Positions 58,044 to 64,000 of a stretch of 64,000 bases of DNA are shown piece after piece (position 1 is the first letter of the stretch; every line of letters starts with the position of its first letter). Origin of the DNA: a virus; the IMG/VR virus record IMGVR_UViG_3300021963_006415, positions 28,632-92,631 of that record, one strand, 5' to 3'. The notes under the pieces are model-generated. The model searched no databases and was not told the origin of the DNA. It worked only from the letters and a program-made list of their open reading frames with translations. A program made the position numbers and the translations under genes.

Positions 58044-59573
58044 TTATAGTTTAGGTATTGGGCCATAGCAAAAAGAGCAACTATTACAGTAATAATAAGC
58101 ACATGAGCTCGTCCAACACCAACCATAGCATGGATTGTGTTGGATAAACGATAATCCTAAATTTTCATCTGCTAAAGGTAAAAACAAATCATTCTCTTCC
58201 ACATCTATATCATATACTTTTCTATTTGCATATACCACTTCTAAATTTGTTATTTTAGATTTAACCAATGTATTATTATTATAATCATAAAACACAATGG
58301 AATCATTTACTCTAAATTCATTTGTATGAGAGAAAATTGTTCTAAGAGTATCATATTCTTCTATTAACATATCACTATGTGGCAAATCTTCATAAATCAA
58401 CCCATTTTCTAGAGTTACTTTTATCATTAAAGATTCCTTAGTTTCACTAACTAAATTAACTATTGTAGTGCCTGTTATACCAAACGTAGTTAAATCTTCG
58501 GCAAAACTTCCAGAATTTACAGTTGGTATATACAATGGTTCGCCTGTTTCCGATATATCATTTGCCGGCACCCAAGGTAATGTAACTGTTTTTAAAACAT
58601 CATTTTCAAGTACTTGATTCGGAAATTTCATTGAACCATCTGCGTATAATATCTTAGTATCATCATCAAAAATGTATGAAATACCCATTCTTTGGTTAGG
58701 CGATTTACTAATCCATAAAGGTCTTGCTTCCTGATTCATTAAACCATTAGAATTATATAATGTATCCCAACTATTAGCTTTAATAGGTGATGTCATTATA
58801 TATGAACCCAAATGTAAACAATTTAATGTAGAACCATATATAATATCTAAACTTCTGATAACACCCATTTTTTCTTCAACCACATTATCAGTATTTGAGT
58901 GAAACTCTTCTAAATACTCTAAAGATGTTAACGAAGCTTTTAATGTTGCTAAATCTTCTAAAGAATTTACTTTATATAATTTTGGATATTGTACATAATC
59001 CGTATTTGGATATCTAGTCTTTACAATATAGTTTGGAGCATCTCCATCTGTTAAATGTAATTCTATCAAATTATCTACATTAAGACTTGTATCGGTTGAT
59101 GAGTTATAATATATTTTTGTTGAAAAAGATTGATTAGAAACTGCTCTATGAAAATTCACTTTATCTTTTGCATAACTTTCATCAATAATAGCTGTTGTAT
59201 CATATGATGTTCTTAATATTAAAGTATCATCTGCATCTTCTACATATGGAACTGTTATTGAATTTTTTGCAACTTCATATGCGGTAAATGTACCACCAAT
59301 TTCGTTTGCAACCTCTTCCAATTTATCTTTTAAAGTTAGTTTTGGAATATGCGTATCGAATCTTGTGGCTCTTTCTGTATTTATGAAATTACCATCTGTA
59401 TAAATAAAATGTAATTTAGATATAGAGTTATCTATTAAAAATTGTTTAAAAGATACCCAATCTAAATCAGGCACAATTATATTATGCACATCTACATTAG
59501 TATTTGTTTCTACAATTTTTAAGTTACCATTGTTATCTTTAACAAAGTCAGTTCCAATTATTACGGCTTTCAT
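58044..59573 (-). CDS. Circularly permuted ATP-grasp-like ligase + Hint domain + C-terminal six-Cys peptide
   Basis: GTDF...KIVETNTN, NYIVK, YLEEF; Hint IFDDDTKILYADGS...VYDIDVE...HN; tail PCYGWCWTSSCAYYYCNSCSFCYGPIPKL. Confidence 0.75.
   Translation of the reverse strand: MKAVIIGTDFVKDNNGNLKIVETNTNVDVHNIIVPDLDWVSFKQFLIDNSISKLHFIYTDGNFINTERATRFDTHIPKLTLKDKLEEVANEIGGTFTAYEVAKNSITVPYVEDADDTLILRTSYDTTAIIDESYAKDKVNFHRAVSNQSFSTKIYYNSSTDTSLNVDNLIELHLTDGDAPNYIVKTRYPNTDYVQYPKLYKVNSLEDLATLKASLTSLEYLEEFHSNTDNVVEEKMGVIRSLDIIYGSTLNCLHLGSYIMTSPIKANSWDTLYNSNGLMNQEARPLWISKSPNQRMGISYIFDDDTKILYADGSMKFPNQVLENDVLKTVTLPWVPANDISETGEPLYIPTVNSGSFAEDLTTFGITGTTIVNLVSETKESLMIKVTLENGLIYEDLPHSDMLIEEYDTLRTIFSHTNEFRVNDSIVFYDYNNNTLVKSKITNLEVVYANRKVYDIDVEENDLFLPLADENLGLSFIQHNPCYGWCWTSSCAYYYCNSCSFCYGPIPKL
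58134..58673 (-). other. Hint (intein-like) domain, residues ~301-480
   Basis: Block A xFxxxTxIxxADGSxK, block F KVYDIDVE, terminal His-Asn; no endonuclease motifs. Confidence 0.8.
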
Positions 59574-59590
59574 CAGTTATTTCTTTTTGT

Positions 59591-59599
59591 TATAAATAT
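59591..59599 (-). promoter_or_regulatory. Putative late-promoter motif ATATTTATA
   Basis: 17 nt upstream of the ATP-grasp-Hint ATG. Confidence 0.6.
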
Positions 59600-59606
59600 T
59601 AATATT

Positions 59607-60242
59607 TTAAATTAAACTTACTTTTTCTTTTACATATTCAAACCCAACATTACCGGCTATTACTATTCTATCTTTAGTAGAATTAGGCGAATTATTTGGA
59701 GAATGCTCTAATGTTCCATCCATAACAATCAGGTCACATACTTCCGGCATTATATAATATCTTTTACCTTCTTTACCCCCAATAATCAATGTACCCTCAT
59801 TGTTTTCTAAATTATCAGGCATCTGCAAATAATATACAAATGTGTAATTTGGATAAAACAATCCATCTTTTTTTTGTAAATCTACATGATTATGTAGGGA
59901 TACTTCCTCATTTTTTTTGAAATTAGTTTGTTTTGGTTTTCCCTTTCTAACAACATTTATCCAACACCCAAATTTGATTATATTAAAATTCATTTTATTC
60001 GTTTTTGCTAAAGATGCACATTCCGCTAAACAAAGTTTTACAGCTTGCTCCATAAAATTATTTGGAATAAAATCTTTTTCTAAATCAAAAAAGTCGCCAC
60101 CGAAAAAAGAATAATTATCCCTCCTTGCATAACTATTTATTAGATAATCTTCACATTCTTTTAAAACTAATTTTTGAAAATCATATGAATCTATTTTTGT
60201 CTTATAGACAAATATCCCATCTTCAAACGTAATTTTTTCCAT
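59607..60242 (-). CDS. Putative 2OG-Fe(II) oxygenase
   Basis: WINV...LHNH...FVYYL...EHSP...DRIVIAGN. Confidence 0.75.
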   Translation of the reverse strand: MEKITFEDGIFVYKTKIDSYDFQKLVLKECEDYLINSYARRDNYSFFGGDFFDLEKDFIPNNFMEQAVKLCLAECASLAKTNKMNFNIIKFGCWINVVRKGKPKQTNFKKNEEVSLHNHVDLQKKDGLFYPNYTFVYYLQMPDNLENNEGTLIIGGKEGKRYYIMPEVCDLIVMDGTLEHSPNNSPNSTKDRIVIAGNVGFEYVKEKVSLI

Positions 60243-60244
60243 AT

Positions 60245-60541
60245 CTAAATAGTTGTTTTTTGTTTTTTACTTTTTAAGGTAAGAGATTTTACATATGGCT
60301 CTTCCACTATATTCCATTTATCCAATGGACAACTACCATATTGGTCTGTAAATATTTTTTTTGATAGAGGACATCCACACTTACCACATAAAGCAGACCA
60401 TTTTTTATTATGAATTATTTCCTTACGCATATCACATCCCATACAAATATTCAGCCTAAGTTCTGCTAATTCTTTTTGCATTTTATTTGGGTTTTCTGCT
60501 GTTACCCAAGCTTTTAATATTTCTATTAAATCAAATCCCAT
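60245..60541 (-). CDS. Small Cys-rich metal-binding protein
   Basis: RLNICMGC...CGKCGC...CPLDKW. Confidence 0.7.
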   Translation of the reverse strand: MGFDLIEILKAWVTAENPNKMQKELAELRLNICMGCDMRKEIIHNKKWSALCGKCGCPLSKKIFTDQYGSCPLDKWNIVEEPYVKSLTLKSKKQKTTI

Positions 60542-60542
60542 T

Positions 60543-61103
60543 TTATAATAAAGTTTTTTTAATATTTTTTATTTGTTTTAATTTCAACCAATTTACTAAA
60601 GAGTATCTTATACCTGAAGTTATTGGTTTAACCCTATGTACCACTTCCGAAGGAAATATAAATAGATTTCCTACTCCTTTTTCTAATGTAATTTCTTTAT
60701 TTGTTAAAAGTTGAAACTCACCATCCATATATTCATCATTCAATTGCAGGACTATTGTATAAAATCTATCTTTAAATACCGTATCATTTGAATCGGCATG
60801 CCAATCAAAGAAATCGCCTTTTTCATATTTTGTAAACTGAAAGGTATCCAAAGATGGTTCATATCCTTTTATATTCTCAACATGCTCTTTGACTTTATCT
60901 AAAATTTTATTACCCACTATTCCAATATCTTCTACAAAAGAAACCTTAGATTTTCTCGTTTCTTTTTTTCTTTGAATATTATCAGGGTGATATACTTCCG
61001 CATTACTTAATTCCGAATCAATGTTATAATTGTTTATCAACAAATCACACTCATCCTTTTCTAAAAATTTCGGAATAGTTAGTATTTTATAATCATTTTG
61101 CAT
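60543..61103 (-). CDS. 2OG-Fe(II) oxygenase (prolyl hydroxylase-like)
   Basis: RKS, FQFTKY, WHAD, LNDEYMDGE, FPS..HRVKPITSGIRYSLV. Confidence 0.9.
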   Translation of the reverse strand: MQNDYKILTIPKFLEKDECDLLINNYNIDSELSNAEVYHPDNIQRKKETRKSKVSFVEDIGIVGNKILDKVKEHVENIKGYEPSLDTFQFTKYEKGDFFDWHADSNDTVFKDRFYTIVLQLNDEYMDGEFQLLTNKEITLEKGVGNLFIFPSEVVHRVKPITSGIRYSLVNWLKLKQIKNIKKTLL

Positions 61104-61104
61104 A

Positions 61105-61407
61105 TTATAACTTATTTTTTATAGAATGTAATTTAGCACATTCTTCGTACATCTCTAATTCAGTTAACCTATTCATCAACCATTTACCCATAGAATTAAA
61201 ATCCTCTCTCTTTAGAGTTATATATGCTGGCATAGATTTATACTTAATCAGTATTATTTCCCTACACTTACGATTTGATTTCCAGTTATCCAACTTATCA
61301 ACCAATTCTGAAAGGTTTTGTTTAGATAATCTAGTCTTAGGAAGATATGTTTTCCACTCCAAAGATATCCATCCCTTTTCCAATTTATCTAAGACTGTAA
61401 TATTCAT
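61105..61407 (-). CDS. Hypothetical protein
   Basis: 100-aa ORF with C-terminal EMYEECAKL. Confidence 0.6.
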   Translation of the reverse strand: MNITVLDKLEKGWISLEWKTYLPKTRLSKQNLSELVDKLDNWKSNRKCREIILIKYKSMPAYITLKREDFNSMGKWLMNRLTELEMYEECAKLHSIKNKL

Positions 61408-61412
61408 AACCT

Positions 61413-61444
61413 ACAATATACTAATAATTATTGAAATTTACAAA
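61413..61444 (-). promoter_or_regulatory. Bacteroidota-type promoter (variant)
   Basis: TTTG-N20-TATATTGT just upstream of ATG 61407. Confidence 0.55.
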
Positions 61445-61518
61445 TTTATTTTTGGGGGTGGGGGTAGGGGGCCCGGTCGTTTTTAAAAAAGAAAATTTTT
61501 TGTTATCCCTATTGATAG

Positions 61519-61674
61519 TTACACTTTAAACCATCTTTTCCTCGTCTTAAACGCTCTTTGTATCCACCATATGGGAAAACGTATAAGAAAGTATAAAACC
61601 ACCAATAAAGCAACTCCTATTAGCAATGGTAATAGAGTTACATAGAGTGATATATCTGCGAATCGTTTAAGCAT
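61519..61674 (-). pseudogene. Small membrane protein interrupted by an apparent +1 frameshift
   Basis: Removing one A from GTAAACT joins MLKRFADISLYV to TLLPLLIGVALLVVLYFLIRFPIWWIQRAFKTRKRWFKV. Confidence 0.4.
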
Positions 61675-61680
61675 ATACTA

Positions 61681-62700
61681 TTATATATCAATTCCTTTCG
61701 CTTTTAATCTTTGTAATAGAGAAGCGTTTGTATTCGTTAGATTTTGTTGTGCTTGGAGTAACTGCCTTCTTAGTTCGGATTGAGCTGCGGTATCGCCCGC
61801 TTGTGCGGTTTTAATAGTATTTTCCGTTTGGTTAATCTTTTGTTGTAAATCCGTTTGAGCCTGCTCTACCTTTTGTGCCAAATCATCTGCTTTCTTTTGA
61901 GCGGCATCGGCAACGGATGTGGATACGAGGGGTTTCTTATCTACCAAAGTAGAAGATTTATTCACCACTTGAACGGATATATCATCTCCCGAATCTGCTG
62001 CGGCAAGAGTAGTATATTTAGTTGTTGAAGTAGGTGTAATCTTCCCAAAGTAGAATATATCCTTAATGGTTTGAAAATCGGAATTCAATTGAGTTAACCT
62101 ATCATTGATTACCTTTAGATTATTAGCCAGTTTATCTTCAGGTATTCTTGCATCCTTATCTAATGGTTCTACGGGTATCTTATCTATTGAGTAATCTGCG
62201 GAAAGATTTAAATCAAATACCTTATAGGTATCTAATGGTTTAGGAGCATTAGGGGATAGTGTCCATATAATCTGCTTAATAAGTCCTGAAGTATCTCCTC
62301 CATTGATTTCCCATTCTACATCCTTAACTCCTGAAAAAGGAATCTTACCCTTTTGTTTCTCTATTTCCTCTAATATCTTTAGAGTATCTATTGGTATGAT
62401 AGGGATTGTTCTTCCGATTGTAGCACCTAATACCTTAGAGTGTTCCTTATATGTGTAGTGGGGGTTTATAGAAACCACTTCCGCAAGTGTTTGTACCAAT
62501 TCCTCCGATGCTATATACCTATTGTAATTTCTTAAATAAATAATTACTCCTCTAATATCAAAAGGTAGGATACCTTCTATCTCCAAATCATCTTCTAAGA
62601 CTTGGATAGTAACTGGCGGTATTCCTTCTTTAGCAGATATCGTATATACGTTATCGGTTTTGGAGTACCTTCTTTGGTTTTGTTGTAGTTCTACTATCAC
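61681..62700 (-). CDS. Hypothetical protein with C-terminal coiled coil (possibly the 3' part of one gene with 62651..62947)
   Basis: Long ORF with A/Q-rich heptads; 50-nt overlap with the upstream ORF. Confidence 0.6.
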   Translation of the reverse strand: MIVELQQNQRRYSKTDNVYTISAKEGIPPVTIQVLEDDLEIEGILPFDIRGVIIYLRNYNRYIASEELVQTLAEVVSINPHYTYKEHSKVLGATIGRTIPIIPIDTLKILEEIEKQKGKIPFSGVKDVEWEINGGDTSGLIKQIIWTLSPNAPKPLDTYKVFDLNLSADYSIDKIPVEPLDKDARIPEDKLANNLKVINDRLTQLNSDFQTIKDIFYFGKITPTSTTKYTTLAAADSGDDISVQVVNKSSTLVDKKPLVSTSVADAAQKKADDLAQKVEQAQTDLQQKINQTENTIKTAQAGDTAAQSELRRQLLQAQQNLTNTNASLLQRLKAKGIDI

Positions 62701-62947
62701 CTTTAATTGCTTTCTTATATATAGTTAATTCTTTAATTCCCTTACGAGCTATCCTTTCTAAACGAAGAACCTCTCTACGAACCTTCTGATAAGAACCATC
62801 CTCAATAGTGTGGTATATCAATTCGTTACATCTCATATCATCCGTTATCTTATGAGTTGAAGCATCCCACAGTTCCAAACCTCTTGCCATTCCAACCGCA
62901 GTTCCAAACTCCTCCGATATTCTTACATATGTATCTTGTCTAAGCAT
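62651..62947 (-). CDS. Hypothetical protein
   Basis: 98-aa ORF preceded by ATATTTATA at 62962..62970. Confidence 0.6.
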   Translation of the reverse strand: MLRQDTYVRISEEFGTAVGMARGLELWDASTHKITDDMRCNELIYHTIEDGSYQKVRREVLRLERIARKGIKELTIYKKAIKGDSRTTTKPKKVLQNR

Positions 62948-63045
62948 ATGGAATTCTTTATTATAAATATCACTTAACTAAATATATTTCAGCTATATGC
63001 CGCATTAGTGTGTTAACACTTATATCAAAATTGCTTCCCATAGCG

Positions 63046-63147
63046 AAAAAACCGGGCTCGGTATTTAAGCGTACCCGACCGGGTTTGCACGTGCTCGAAT
63101 TCGTTGGGTTACATGAAATTCAGTTAGGGGGGTCTATCGCATATGTG
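63046..63147 (-). ncRNA. Candidate small non-coding RNA
   Basis: Promoter-like TTTA-N20-TATATTCG at 63154..63185, no credible minus-strand ORF, and a GC-rich hairpin plus T6 at the end. Confidence 0.3.
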
Positions 63148-63198
63148 GATATACGAATATACAAATGTAAATTTACAAATGTAAATGCGAATGAGCAT

Positions 63199-63230
63199 AA
63201 AAAAAGCCCATAGCATTTCGGCTACGGGCT
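63199..63230 (-). terminator. Rho-independent terminator
   Basis: AGCCCGTAGC-cgaaat-GCTATGGGCT followed by a T tract. Confidence 0.85.
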
Positions 63231-63259
63231 CTTAGGGGATTGAGTGTTGTACTCTATAC

Positions 63260-63505
63260 TTACATGGCATGCAATCTGCGGAGTATTCGAATGAGTGGGT
63301 TAGAGTTTCTATCTACTCCACTCCATTGGCTCATTAGGTTGTTAGCATTGTGTACTAACTCTCTATTGGTATGTAGTCTACCTACGTTATACTGCTTATA
63401 CCACTTTTGGAATTGTGGGTCAGCCATTACAGTTTCTCTTTGTCTATGTAGGGCTTCTATCTTCTCTATATCTGTATATGTATCTACTACTATATGTGTA
63501 TTCAT
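63260..63505 (-). CDS. Hypothetical protein
   Basis: 81-aa ORF followed by a terminator. Confidence 0.6.
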   Translation of the reverse strand: MNTHIVVDTYTDIEKIEALHRQRETVMADPQFQKWYKQYNVGRLHTNRELVHNANNLMSQWSGVDRNSNPLIRILRRLHAM

Positions 63506-63547
63506 ATGCTTTGCTGATTTTATTTTTATTAAGGGTGTCCGATACGA

Positions 63548-63712
63548 TTATGCCGCCTCCACTCTATTGTGGGCTTTAATCAACTTCAATGCATCTCTAA
63601 TCTCATTTAACCTAGCCGATGCGGCCCATTTGGGGCTACCATCTTTCATAGCACGAATGCGTTTCATTAGGACCGCCTCCGCTTTCTCTAATACTAATAT
63701 TGCTTCTTCCAT
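63548..63712 (-). CDS. Small helical hypothetical protein (54 aa)
   Basis: Manual translation MEEAILVLEKAEAVLMKRIRAMKDGSPKWAASARLNEIRDALKLIKAHNRVEAA; fills the gap. Confidence 0.6.
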   Translation of the reverse strand: MEEAILVLEKAEAVLMKRIRAMKDGSPKWAASARLNEIRDALKLIKAHNRVEAA

Positions 63713-63716
63713 ATGT

Positions 63717-64000
63717 TTATTTATTTAATTTTGGTTTAATGTCCCTCCACATATCACTATATAGCTTCTCCGATGAATATGCTGCTCTTTCGAAGGGGTT
63801 TCTGCTATATGCTACCTCATTGTACTCCTTCCACTTAGATGTAAGGGGTTGTAGCGAGTGTGTCCATTCGTGGATGATTGTTTGTAATAACTCTTTAACG
63901 TTGTCTATATTCTTATAGTATATAAAGATAGTGTGCTCTTGTGGGTCATATTCACCCATATCGGTGTCCTCCTCAAACAGGCACCTCCAATAGCATACGC
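63717..64000 (-). CDS. Zincin-like metallopeptidase domain protein (5' truncated)
   Basis: TIIHEWTHSLQ...NPFERAAY; the frame is open to the window edge. Confidence 0.7.
   Translation of the reverse strand, partial: VCYWRCLFEEDTDMGEYDPQEHTIFIYYKNIDNVKELLQTIIHEWTHSLQPLTSKWKEYNEVAYSRNPFERAAYSSEKLYSDMWRDIKPKLNK

Noticed and set aside
58134-58673. Canonical mobile intein in the ATP-grasp gene
   Set aside because: It has no Cys/Ser at position 1, no +1 nucleophile and no homing endonuclease, and the 29-aa C-flank does not look like the rest of the enzyme.
24999-62970. T4-type TATAAATA late promoters on the plus strand
   Set aside because: They would point away from the adjacent gene starts. The motif flips at the one + gene, so the functional reading is ATATTTATA on the coding strand.
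242-63918. The plus-strand ORFs in the track (e.g. 16467..17006, 33552..33923, 63240..63728) and short alternative-frame minus ORFs
   Set aside because: Nearly all are shadows of well-supported minus-strand genes and none has a recognisable motif.
1-64000. Alternative genetic code (stop-codon reassignment)
   Set aside because: Long intact ORFs tile the window under code 11, and TAA, TAG and TGA all end genes at sensible positions.
1-64000. CRISPR array, tRNA, rRNA, reverse transcriptase/DGR, integrase or transposase
   Set aside because: I saw no repeat-spacer array, cloverleaf, RT, recombinase or DDE motifs by eye. A tRNAscan/CRISPR search was not run.

Overview
This window is a 64-kb, very AT-rich piece of a large tailed phage genome, probably a contractile-tailed myovirus. 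Almost every gene is on the minus strand. The host is probably Bacteroidota, judged from repeated TTTG-N20-TAnnTTTG promoters and no evident Shine-Dalgarno motifs. By coordinate it holds: (1-13.4 kb) a glycosylation/modification island with three GT7 galactosyltransferase-like genes carrying an inserted LamG domain, a Twitch radical SAM, GT2/GT4-like enzymes and a methyltransferase; (13.4-20 kb) a 2177-aa tail fibre with an S74 chaperone; (20-25 kb) a fused Mre11-Rad50, a primase and a T7 endonuclease I-like resolvase; (25-42 kb) a baseplate/tail module; (42-50 kb) a carbamoyltransferase, a sigma-like factor, peptide deformylase, UvsE, Hsp20 and an HD protein; (50-61 kb) a second tailoring island with four 2OG-Fe(II) oxygenases, two sulfotransferases, SGNH proteins and FkbM; (61-64 kb) small ORFs and structured non-coding DNA. 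The best candidate for an undescribed system is 58044..59573. It encodes a circularly permuted ATP-grasp-like ligase fused, through a Hint (intein-like) domain that looks unable to splice but may still cleave at its C-terminus, to a 29-residue six-Cys aromatic peptide. An unannotated 38-aa Ser/Thr-rich ORF follows it, and tailoring enzymes surround it, which suggests a phage-encoded, self-processing RiPP-like pathway. All calls come from reading motifs by eye; no searches were run.
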